Origin: Geosiphon pyriformis uo1
Lineage: Eukaryota > Fungi > Glomeromycota
NCBI GenBank assembly: GCA_016748015.1
Contig: JAAOMT010000586.1
Location: 476,293-540,292, forward strand
Reading direction: 5' to 3'
Length of the DNA: 64,000 nucleotides
Position numbers and translations under genes: made by a program. The notes beneath the pieces were generated by a model that made no database searches, was not told the DNA's origin, and was given only the letters and a program-made list of their open reading frames with translations. Numbering within the stretch: the first letter of the stretch is position 1; the number at the start of each line of letters is the position of its first letter. Positions 23,670-35,872 of the stretch are shown here, piece after piece.

Positions 23670-25975
23670 ATGGCCAAGAAAAATATCAAAGTACGTACAA
23701 TTCGTAGACCTACAACTAGGTCTTATGCAAAACAGCTATTGCAAGAAAATCACATGGCTGAGCAAGTATTCAAAGAGCTTAAGACAAAGAAGAGGCGACA
23801 AAAGAAGAACTTTAAAAAGGTGGAGCATGCTGACCCAAAATTCGCGTTTAAAGTTGGTCAACATGTTCTTTGGCAATACGAAGAAGTCTGGTATGAAGTA
23901 AAGGTGAGGATTTCCGTTTATCTGTTTTTTTTTTTTTTTTCACTTGTCATTCTATCACTTTCAGGAAGGGATGTTGCCATGCTAACTTAAATTTTTCTTT
24001 AATTATGTTTTTTCTTTATTATTTTACTCTACTTTTGTGCTATACAGATACTCGAAGGTAGAAATATAAAATTCGGAGACGAAGAAGATCCAAACATTGT
24101 TGGGGTGCATTATATGGTTCAATTGGTTGGATGGGAGTCTGCTGAGTAAGTAAGCTTTATAAATTCTGAGTTTGCTTTAAAAATAGTTATTCCAGATCAA
24201 TTTGACGCGTGTTTTTAATTGTAAATTTTTTTAAAGCACGTAATCTGAACGCGTTTTGGTTTTTCTTCTGGCAACATAGAGGCCATACTTGGATTGTTTG
24301 GGTTGCTGAAAAAAATCTGTCGCTCCCGCAAATCGATGAGCCTCAAGAGAACAAAATATCCCCACCATGTTCCCCAATAGCCGCCATTTCTCCTGCCCCG
24401 CTTAACGAGATAGAATGTCCTGTTATGACTGCATTTGAATCACCCCCTATTTCAATATCAATCGACCAAGACGAAACTAGTTCACTAAACGATGAGCATG
24501 AACTGATTGGCGAGGATAATATTACTTGGAAAAACGAGGAAACATTTAAGAAACAAGACGAATCTCCTTTTCCTAATTTTCATGACCAAAACAATTTATT
24601 GACAAAAGATTCCTACTCGAACCCAAAAATCTGTAATTCCAAAAGTAATGACTCAAACGTCACTACTAGTTATCTTTCTATGACTGAAAATTACTATTTA
24701 ACGGAAAGCAGCGTTTCGAGAGAAAATTCCTTTAAACGTTATGACCTTCAAGTTTTTAATTCTAAAATTCAGGAATCGATTCCTGCCACCTTCACCAAAT
24801 ATAAGATCACACCAATTATTGGTGGGGGTGGTAATAGCAGGAGTAGTCGTGAAATGGATAACACTCGCGCGTCAATCGATCTGTACAGGAACTCTCCTAA
24901 TTTTAATACCGTTACAAGAAGCTGCTCCCCACCTCCTCCTGAAACGATTAATAAGAGCTCAGGCATACGCGATTTAAATGAAAGGAAAAGCAGTGAAAAC
25001 ATGACCAGGCGGTTGACGGAAGAGGAGGAAATTATAATCGGCGCTTTATATACGGCACAAGCTCATGTATGTGAAATTGCCTAACAAGAAATTAGTGCCC
25101 AAATTCGTAATCTTTTTTATTAATCATGCTTCCCTTTTATAGCACCTTCGCACCAGGAACCGGTTTTTAACGATGGAGCTTAATAAAAACGCCCCAGATA
25201 TGCCCTCAGCTCTAAAAGAAAAAATAGTTTTTGATTGGGAATGGGTTTCGATGAATTGTAATGTTCGTATTGATTTCAAGGTTATAAATTTTTATTTCAA
25301 AAGAGAGCAATCATGTTCATCTCTTCTCATTTGAATCACTTTTCTAGAAAATCGCGCTGCCTTCCGCTTATCCAATTAACAATATTCTTCGAGATTATAT
25401 TACAAGCCGGCCCAAATTAAAGCATTATGTCACACTTGCAAAGACTATTGGAACTTACTTTAATAATTATCTCGCGAGCCATATTCTCTACCCATCGGAA
25501 GTTGATCAATATTGGCGAGTGAAATCTAATTACCATTTTCCACAGGTTTCTCAATTATACGGCGCAGAGCATCTCCTTCGAATGTTTGGCATGGGTCCAA
25601 TTTCTTCAATCCCTATATTTACGGAATTTGGGAGTTTAAATTTTAATTCTTATTTTAATTCAACAGTAAAGTTGCCTAAAATATTAGAGAGGGAAGATGG
25701 GACAGCGTCGGAAGCTCAATCACTTTGTCTCCCAGCAACTCGTTTAGACGTTTCAAACGTAGGTGCTTCGAGTAATGGAAAAAATATTTTAACTGAAGCA
25801 AATTGCGCCGATTTCTTGATGTGAGTATCCTCCATGCCCTAATTTTAATCATTTTATTATAATTTCTTTTCACACTAATTTATATGCCACCAATAGGTTC
25901 TTGAACGAACGTGGAAATAAATACTTCATTCCCGAATATCGGGACCCAGTATTGTTGGACATTAACGGGTATTGA
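23670..25975 (+). CDS. EAF3: EAF3/MRG15-family chromatin protein (chromo barrel plus MRG domain), spliced and divergent
   Basis: FKVGQHVLWQYEEVWYEVK|ILE...HYMVQLVGW...WIVWV (chromo barrel); C-terminal SQLYGAEHLLRMF|VKLP MRG signature; about 6 introns. Confidence 0.8.
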
Positions 25976-26177
25976 GATGATTATGTCCAAGTCTAATTTA
26001 GGTTCCTCAGCCTGATCTTTGGAGAGATTGGGATTTCGGTTGAAATGAGCTCTCGTTAGCTTGCTGATAACTTTAGATGTAAATAAAGAGTATATATATC
26101 ATCATGTACATAGCTGATAATTATAAACCCCTCGCACATTCCCTTGCGCCCTAAAATAACCTCTTCATTTTTTGGAA

Positions 26178-27328
26178 TCATCTATAAATTTTGAGACGTG
26201 TAGCAATTTTCTCATCTAATACAGGTTCTTCGATGGGTATATCTTTAAAGAATCTTTCTTCATCCTTGCCAATCTCTAAATCAGATATTGAAAATTCCCG
26301 TGCATTTCCCAAAGCCAACTTTACAGTTTCTTCACTGGCGATATCATAATTTTTATAAGAATTGAACGCGTGAAATATTCTTAAGGGTATATTCTTCCAA
26401 CCGATACGGTTATAAAAAGGTACATAAACGATCGGTTCTAGAAATTTTTCGGGAATTGGAAAGTCTGCTGAGGGAGAATCATTATTCTTTAGCGATTTTT
26501 GTGCTGAAGATGATGAAATGTTGTTTCCAGCGTTATTTTCACCATTTTTTCCTGACATGGACTCATCCAATGAAACAGAATAACCCTCACTCAAGCCCTG
26601 AAGATATTCCACGTAACTAACACGTCCCACTACAATTACCCCACCCATATTATCATCTTTTTTCGTTTCAGTACTGTGACCAAGATACGAAGAATCCACG
26701 AAGGAGGTTATTGGTATATCCTCGGTTGATGGGGAAGAAGATGCTGATTGATCGTTGCGTTGTGACTGTCTTTGCTCCATTATTGTGTCACGGACTTTGG
26801 TACGTAGCAGGCCTGGTTTCGTACCCTCAACAATTTCATAATCGATCGCAGCGGCGACTAATACTGGCTTCTCAGAATAATAGTATTCAAATTAGAAAAT
26901 TCCTTATTTCTTTCAAAGACATAAAATTCAAAAAATAACTAAATTCGCTCGTAAGTTTGCTTTAATGAATAGATTTTTATCTCGAATTAGTAATTCAAAC
27001 TCACTTATTATTTATCTCTTACCTTTACATATTCACGAAAATGCACTCTTGTCTTATGAATGCCGTCACCGCCGGGTGGAGCCAAATATACTGTAACCTT
27101 TCTCGGTAACTCATGCACACCTAAAGGTTCCTTGGCAATATGTGCAACCTTTTTTTCGACGCGTTCTTGACCAAGAGTTGATAGATACCTATCTCGGTAT
27201 AAGAGACCACCAAAGGCCGTGCAAACTCCCAGAAATGCGGAGAGCTTTTTTGACGGAAGTCGTAGAAACCGTGATGACGGTATTTTTGTCGAGTTTGCCG
27301 TGAGTGGTGTGGTGATAAAACTGTTCAT
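26178..27328 (-). CDS. TIM54: Mitochondrial inner membrane translocase subunit Tim54, one intron (~26872-27022)
   Basis: LPSKKLSAFLGV (TM segment), LPRKVTVYLAPPGGDG, FREYVK|PVLVAAAIDYEIVEG, IGWKNIPLRI. Confidence 0.9.
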
Positions 27329-27444
27329 TATGTGAGTTGAATTGGAGTTAATTTATTGAAGATAATCTGTTCTTTGAAATTATTTATTAAAATTTTTTTT
27401 TCGATTATTATCACTCATGTGATTCTGTTACAAAATTACGCGAT

Positions 27445-29807
27445 ATGTCGAAAGAAAAACACAAATCTTTTTCAAACTATTTCGACGAATACACTGTCGA
27501 TAGTTGGTCCTATTCAAGCTTTATTCGTTATGCATTAAACAAAAGGTTGCTTCCATCTGACCCTATTAAAGTTTATAACTACAATTATAAGAAGTGTTTA
27601 GACAAGTTTGAACAAAAATACGACCCTCTGAAGTGTTCAAAAGCAATTTCACTAAAGAAAACATTTAAGGTTAGTATATTTGTGTGTAAAAGAGCATAAT
27701 TGTTGGAACATAGCTTGGCTTTGAGCCAGGTCAATACTAAACGGAGTGTCCAAGCGCCACTCTGGGTTTCCTTGGCATGTTGCAATTATTGTGCTCTATT
27801 CAACAAAGCATCAATACTAAACAGGGTGTCCACGCGCCACTTTGGGTTTCCTTGTTGCACTATTGATTGTTAGCATATAGTTTTGTTTATTTGGATAGTT
27901 TTCTAACTTTATTTTGCTATCATTTTATCATGAGCTTGACAAAAAAATGGAAAAAGAATGGTTAACTAATCTTGATTCATTAGCAAAAAATGAAGAAACT
28001 AAAGAGGTAAGTTTAAGAGTATAACATTAGCTTCCCTGTCTTCTTCTCTAATGATCATTTTCATAGCACGAGTATCATGCGTCATTAAATAAAGACGTAA
28101 GGGAAGAGAAGATAATATATTCCAGCCACCTGTTGGAGTCACGGAAATCCAAACACGAAATCGATAGAGGGGAAGAAACAACGGGAAACAAAAGAGCCAA
28201 TTGTCGTACAGGTGTAATTGATATATCATATACGTTGATCGAGGAAAAAACTTCAAATGATGAAGTGGTTGAGTCGGGTGTGAGTATCTTTATTGAGGAT
28301 CTGGATATCGAAATATGCATGGTAAACTGATTTGTTTCTATTAATTGATAACATCAGGAAAATAAAATTTTGATCGATGGTGAACCCGATGAAACAATAG
28401 AATTTAAATATGATGAATTAGAAGAATTAGAAGTGCAAATATTATCCAATCCATTAAATGAGGTGAATTTTTAACTTCTATTTATTGTATACAAGTTAGA
28501 TTTGATTATTTTATGTTTTTTAGTGGGATGTAGGTACGATTAAAGTGTCGAGAAAATTTAAAGATTATCAAATGCAATTAATGTCGAGTATTAAAGAGAA
28601 CAAAAGAAAATTGACATGGAACGATACATTTGAACTATTGTAAGTATTTTTAAAATATTTGTAGTTGTGTTTATTCATGAAAATTTGCTGATTTTTTTTA
28701 ATCACATTTTAGGGCTCTATCGTCAATAATTATAATGTCCTGGCCTTGTCCTTACTCAACATTTACAAGTTCTGAATGGAGACAAGTCCTTGATACGAAT
28801 CCATACAAAATTAACCAATCCATTTTAACGGATTCACTCTTAACTTCCTTATATAAAGCGACAAATAATTTCTCACTTGGTCTAAACCATCATTTTATTT
28901 TAAACAACGATGATGGTGAATTGGGAGAAAAAGCTAGTCGTGTATTCAATTACATGTAAGTTATTACATTATAGGAATGATTTATTGAAATAATTTATAT
29001 TTTATTTTATTTTTATATTTTAGTAAAGATGAACTTCCAATATCATCAAAACAAAAAGTAACTGAGGACAAACATCGTATATATTACTTGGATCCATTTA
29101 TAAAACCTATTTTTGGTGGAGAATACACACCTTATAATCTCGAATTGAACAAGAGTTTAGGTGGAAAACAAAGGCCCGATTTCAGCTGTGTAATTGATGA
29201 CATTGCACTATTAAATTCCGAGATCAAACCTTTGGGGTGCACTCCATTGAGGAAAAATCAAGATTTTATAAAAGTACATATCAAAGGAAAGAAATCAGTT
29301 AACCAGTTTTTAGAAAAAGGAGGCCCTAACAAAACAATAGCTTTTTTAAATATAGGTATGTATGTATCCGTTATAATTATCTATTTATTTTTGTTATTTT
29401 TTTCCATGTTTTATTTACAAGTTTTATTCAATAATATAGCGGACACTATAGAATCATTTATTATTGATTTGGCATATGATGGTGTATATCGATCATGGCC
29501 ATGTCTCAAAAATAAATTAGCGACTGATAAAGGGTCTTTTCCGTTGATGGTATTAACATTTTCCCATTTTGTAATGATAGAGGTATATGGAATATTTTAT
29601 ATTTATCTTTTATTTATTTTTACAATAAAGTCTGTTTACAAATTCTATTACATTCTATATTTGTAGCAACATGTTAATAAAATCGCAAATGATTATGAAA
29701 ATCGATCACCACCGGGTTATCATACACCATCTGAAAGGATTGAAAAGATGAAATTCATTAGGAAAATGCCAACCACACCACAACTCAAATTATTATTGAA
29801 TCAATGA
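27445..29807 (+). CDS. Multi-exon Crinkler-like protein with a C-terminal PD-(D/E)xK restriction-endonuclease-type domain
   Basis: About 9 exons. N-terminal NYFDEYTVDSWSYSSF; C-terminal GGKQRPDFSCVIDDIALLNSEIKP (PD...ExK) and DLAYDGVYRSW, typical of expanded early-fungal CRN/REase families. Confidence 0.7.
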
Positions 29808-30861
29808 TGGATTTGGTATCATCGGCAGTTCTTCAAGACGTCAACGAAGTAAGGGATGGTGAAATCGGGGATGCCTCAATGGACTGTTCGCTTTCGTACC
29901 GGACGTTGGCTAAAGTAATGGTGCCGAAGGGAAGGATATGTTTGGCGATGGCAAGATCGCGGGAGATCGGGTGGTGAATTTGGTGAGAACTGTGGTTGCC
30001 GATTACAGAAAAAGACGTCTGGTTGCCTATGGTCCGATTATGAAACCCGGAGGATTTGTGGACGCGTGCTATGAGAGGAACTGGGTGGGTTGGGATTTTT
30101 TTCAGGGATTTCGGTTTGTCGTACAGTCATCGGTATGAAAAATAGGTATAAGTTGCTTAATACAGATATGTTAAATGAGAATATATAGGTTAGGCCATAG
30201 TGTGAAATACGTAATTACTTTAATGTAGTTATTAATATAAAGTCATTTTAAATTCTACAAATTTTGGTATGTGGATATTTAACTATTGTATTCAATTGTT
30301 GTTTGTATATTGCTACAATTCAAAATAATAAATTAAATAATTAAAAAGAATTTTATTGATTTCAAATTTTAATTTATGTAAAAAAAAAATCTATTTACTT
30401 TTAATCATAGTAAAAATTTTAAAATCTTATTATTTTTATTTTATTTTATTTTACGAGTGCAGCCCAACCACTAATCTTATTATTTATAATAATAAATATA
30501 TATCAATAAATTCAAATAATTTTAATATTATTACAATAAAATTAAAAACAACAATTATACAAAAAATATTACGAATTTGAATTTAACATTAAAATATTCA
30601 ATATTTTATTTAATTTAATTTAACAATTAATAAAAGTAATTTTTTTGATCTGATATTTTACATCGTAAAACAAAAAATTTTCTTTTTTGAATTTATCACA
30701 TTTTAATTCCCCCGGCTAGATTACGAGCCGCATTTTTTTGATGACATCATCGAGCAATAGAATCTTTGAAATTTAAACAAGCACGAAACTTGAAATCGAA
30801 TAAACAATTTTATTTGTGTCCAACTACCCTTCCTCGAACCGGCAAGACCCAAAAAGCAAAT

Positions 30862-31896
30862 ATGAACTTGACTTCCCAGAACGAAGAAAGTTTCGATACC
30901 AGACTCATTACTTCAAGCATTCAAAATTCACCAAATTCATCAAGCACCTTAAATTTTAGCAGAAAGAATTCGATCGGGAGTGCGACACTTTCAAACATCA
31001 GTCCGGGCAGCCACACCTCGAATACTATAAAAGTCACTAACGTAAAGAATGTTCCTAGCTCTACGCCTGCAATTAATATATTTTCAAATGATGGCAGCTT
31101 TTTGGATCGTTTCAAGAAAATGAAAGCCGAAGAAGATGAAAAGAAAAAGCAACGTGAGGCCTTAGAAAGGTGAGATTAACAGTCACCAAGTACCCTTAAG
31201 GTTTTATCCCCTTGTCCTGTGTTATGATCTATTTCATTTTGTATATAGCTTTCGTATTGGAGATATTTTTTGCTGCAGGAACTTCTATGGGCAATTGAGA
31301 GTCGTGAATTCAAACCTGAATTACCTGTCAAACCTCGCTTACCAAACTTCTTCTTTGAGTCACAATACGAAAAGAGATATCAAGTTTTCTTTGCTTTCTA
31401 TTATTCTTTTAAAAATTTGACTGAAATCTTGTTTACTCACGCCTATTTTACACATTATAAAATTCAAATCACCAAAAACACCCAATAAAATCTCAATCTT
31501 CTATACAATTTGGGGCTCCAAAACTATTTTCATTTTTCATTTTATTTGTGCGGTATTCTATGTGTATTTATTTTGCGAATGATTTAGGAAGAAGGCTTTT
31601 GAAGACCGAATTGTAAGTCTTATCGCGATTCTTTATTTTCATTATTATTATTTTTCATCATCCATCATCATCATCACAACCGTTGACCAAATAGAATATG
31701 ATTTCAGAAAAATCGTGGAAAGCGTAGGAGTCCACCAACTGATGATGTAGAACCAGATTCTAAGCGTATAAATTTGGAGGAGGATGACAATGAGGCTTTG
31801 GATCCGAAAGCTAACGCATATTTGAAAGAGATGCAAAAGTATAATGAGCGTCTTTGCAAAGATGACTCCGGTCACGTGCGTCCGTTGGTAAAATAG
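30862..31896 (+). CDS. TRIR/C19orf43-like protein, 3 exons
   Basis: NIFSNDGSFLDRFKK motif and C-terminal AYLKEMQKY...CKDDSGHVRPLVK*; introns ~31170-31588 and ~31613-31708. Confidence 0.8.
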
Positions 31897-32143
31897 CAAG
31901 GGGAGTGGGAATTCACAACTTTCAACACATGGGCTACAATTTCTACTCTGTACTCTAATAATATATTTCATCATTACATTTCAGACATTATTCTTTTTTT
32001 TTTAAATAGGAACCAATTTATTATTTCTACTATTATCAATCGAACTTCTATTAAACTAATGAATTAGCGACAAAATTCTTGTTTTCTCTAATTTCTAACT
32101 CATAAGAACCTGAAACCCCTAATAATATAGAAATAATCTACTC

Positions 32144-33074
32144 TCAATTTTCATTGGTCTGAGCGACAAGATAATATGGCAAAGCTGCCTGCATTTTTCC
32201 AGCCTTCTCGCTTGCGATGAGCCATTCGGGTTTTACAATTGGTATACTGCCTTCCAATGCTTTTGCATATTCTGGACCCCCTTGAATGTTACAAAGTAAA
32301 TGCGTAGTATCTGGTCCAACATGTTCACTCCACCTCGCACCAATTCTTTCCAAAATCTCTTTGAGCTCCTCTTTTTTCGGCACGCCATCATCACTTTCCG
32401 AGAATGCACCAAAGCACACATTTATCCCGGTTAGATTTTCTAGAGTGTGTGTTTTCGCGCGAATTTTATTGGAAACGAATGATCCAGCGGTAGTCTTAAT
32501 ATTGATGTGAAAATCATAATCGTAATCCAATTCAAGGCCACTAAGTTTAATATAATTGATTCCTGGTGGCACATGTTGACTCAGCTTCACCGAGTTTTTG
32601 TAAATGTCCAAGGACTTCAAGTTTGCCTTATGTAGCACCAATGGTTCCCACTCCAATATTACGGAAGTTTGTGTGATATGTTTGACACGTAATTTTGGTG
32701 CTTCAGGGGGGTATTTACCAAATTCGTTCAGAATGGACTCTTGCAATTCCCAAAAGTCTCGACGTTGTGCCTCCTCTTGGTCAAAGTTTCTGTTCACTGC
32801 AATGTTCACTATACTGCCGGAAGTAACTCCAGGCGGTAATAGAAGCGAGGGAAACTCGATTAAATGATGGTCTTCAGTTAACAATATGGCCTGTTTAGAA
32901 TTACAGTAAGGATTTTAACGTGTAGAATATTTTTTTTAATCAAAAATTCGAAGATTAACTTTTTTCATGGAAGGATAACCAAAAGATCCCTTATCGGCTT
33001 GGGGCAACGATTGAGCTCACCATTCCAGCGTCGAGCTTCCCCACAGTAAACTGAACCGAAGTTGTCGTGTTCAT
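32144..33074 (-). CDS. CHS5: Chitin biosynthesis / exomer subunit Chs5 (Chs5_N, FN3, BRCT), one intron (~32892-33020)
   Basis: VQFTVGKLDAGM|AILLTEDHHLIEFPSLLLP; TQTSVILEW (FN3); TTHLLC...IPIVKPEWL (BRCT). Confidence 0.95.
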
Positions 33075-34358
33075 TGTTGAATTTATCTGAAGTGAGTAAA
33101 TTGAGTTAATCTAGGAAATCGTGTAAAATTAATTCAAAGCAAACACTGTCAGTTTGTCAATAAAAGAAAAACAGAGTAGGCTCACAAATCCAAAGTACCT
33201 TTATTTAGGTCACGCATCACGCCAAACTTTGTGCGACAAAATATCATAGCCACGAGATGATCAGTATATTTTCAGTGACGGGAATTAGTATTGATCAGGA
33301 TTTATCAAGACTGATTAGATATAAACCAAAAATTCATGTTTGAAGATAACCTCAAAAGTTAAAGATTGCGCCATAGAAAAAGCAATATTTTGCATAAAAC
33401 ATTGTGATGAGTCTTTATTCTATGTGAAAAATAATAAATTTTATTATTATGATAAAAAAGAATTGTAAATTTTGTTAGCAGTTTAATTCAGTAATTTGAT
33501 AATAGATAAAAGAATTGGTTATAATTGCTAATAATAACCATGAAACACATGAGAGTAATTTAAAAAAAAAAGTTTTTATTTAATAAAAATTAAAACATAC
33601 AAAAACGAAACAAATATTTAGTTTTTGTATAATTAAAATACAATAATAAAAATCAAAAATAATTATTTAAGATCAAATAAAAAAATCAAAACTTTATTAT
33701 TTATTTTTTATATTATTTTTAAAATATATATTTTGAAGTATTACAACAATATAACAAATAACTATTATATTGTTACAACATATATATATATATGTAAATA
33801 TATAAATAAAAACCAGGAAATATATTCTTATATATTATCTTTAATAACATATGTTAAAAAAAATTTTCATCTACTTAGTGTCGTTTTAACAAAAATCCAG
33901 ATATTTTGGTTAACATTTTAAAAACTATATATAGTATATTTTTTATATTTATAGTTATCTTTATTGTATTTTAGTATAGATAATAAAAAAGACCACATTT
34001 TATCAAAACAATAAAAAATATATATTTTTGTTTATGTTTATATTTATATTTATGTTTATATTTAAATATTATCTTTAATCATAAAATTTGTAATAAAAAA
34101 AAATTTGTTGTAATTAATTATAATTTAAGTTATAGTGTATTAAAAATTAGAATATTTTGGTTTTGAATTATTTAAGATATTATTTGTAACAAAAAAATTA
34201 AATAACAAAAAAAAATAAATAACAATCAAATAAATTTTAAGTTTTTATTAAAATTTATAATATATAGTTTAATTATTACAAAAATTTAAAAATATAAAGT
34301 CATTAAACAAGTAAAAATATATATAAAACTAATTTTGAAAAAAAAAACCCTCTCCCTT

Positions 34359-34672
34359 NNNNNNNNNNNNNNNNNNNNNNNNNNNNNNNNNNNNNNNNNN
34401 NNNNNNNNNNNNNNNNNNNNNNNNNNNNNNNNNNNNNNNNNNNNNNNNNNNNNNNNNNNNNNNNNNNNNNNNNNNNNNNNNNNNNNNNNNNNNNNNNNNN
34501 NNNNNNNNNNNNNNNNNNNNNNNNNNNNNNNNNNNNNNNNNNNNNNNNNNNNNNNNNNNNNNNNNNNNNNNNNNNNNNNNNNNNNNNNNNNNNNNNNNNN
34601 NNNNNNNNNNNNNNNNNNNNNNNNNNNNNNNNNNNNNNNNNNNNNNNNNNNNNNNNNNNNNNNNNNNNNNNN
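34359..34672. other. Assembly gap
   Basis: Run of N. Confidence 1.
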
Positions 34673-35185
34673 TTAATGAAAAATTTTTTTTTTTTTTTTT
34701 TTTTTGGCTCGGTTCAGATTTTGCGTCAAAAATTAGAACTATTCAAATTAGAACATTTGAGTTAAATGAAATGAAATGTTTTCGCTATTTGAAAAAAATG
34801 AATCGATCAAAATTGTCGCAGATTAAAAAAAGCTTTTCATTAGTAAGTAAAGAAAAAAAAGTATCAGATTCTTGCTTCAAAGCTTCCTTGTCTATAAAAG
34901 TTCTTGATGTTATAACTGTAGGATGAGGTGATTCTAAAATGGATTAGAAAATAAAAAAAAGCAAATAGAAAAGCAAGAGAAGCGAAAGGAAATTTCTGAT
35001 TCAGAATTTTCTAAAAATTACAATTTCGAATAATCTGGGCAGTTGGGACAGTACCAAAAATAATTGCAAGATAATTAATAATCATTGTTAGTATCTCGGA
35101 AACAAATAAAATTATCTTTTTCCAATACACAACATTGCAACAATATAAAATAAAACGAAAAAAGTTTTTTTTTTTTGGTAAATCT

Positions 35186-35872
35186 CTGTTCATGTTCTGT
35201 TCTGTGTTCTGTTCATGTTCTGTGTTCTGTTCTGTGTGCTAACTAACTAACTAACTAACTGATAAAAAGGAATCCAAGTACAAGATATAATGCGAAGGTT
35301 AAAAAATATATGATATAATAATAATTAAAAATAATGAGGAAAAAATAAAAGATTCTGTTCTGTTCTGTTCTGTTCTGTTCGTTCTGTTCGTATATCGTTA
35401 CGTGTCTATAGTTCTGTTCTGTTCTGTTTTTTTTACGAAAATATAAAGGTTCTGTTCTGTTCTGTTCTGTTCGAGTACAATTTATCTAAAATTTTGTTCT
35501 GTGTTACGAAGAGATATTACATATAAAATTATAAAAAAATTATAAAAAGGAAAATGGTATCAAGTTCTGTTCGTTCTGTTATGGGGGCACTGTGTTCTGT
35601 TGTTTTCGTTCTGTTCGTAAAAGATTCATTTCGAAATAAAAAATTTGTTCTGTTCTGTTCTGTTCGTCAAATATTTCTGTTCTGTTAGGCACAAAAGGGA
35701 TAAAATTCTGTCCTGTTCGTGAAAATTCGTAAAAAAAGTTCGGTTTGTTCTGTTCTGTTCTGTTCGTGAAAATTCGTAAAGTGTTCGATCTGTTCTGTTC
35801 TGTTCTGTTCTTTGTAGTAACCAATATTTGATCTGTTCTGTTCTGTTCGGTCCTGTTCTGTTCTGTTCTGTA
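35186..35872. repeat. Interrupted (GTTCT)n pentamer array
   Basis: Many short same-strand GTTCT/GTTCG runs separated by unique spacers. Confidence 0.9.
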
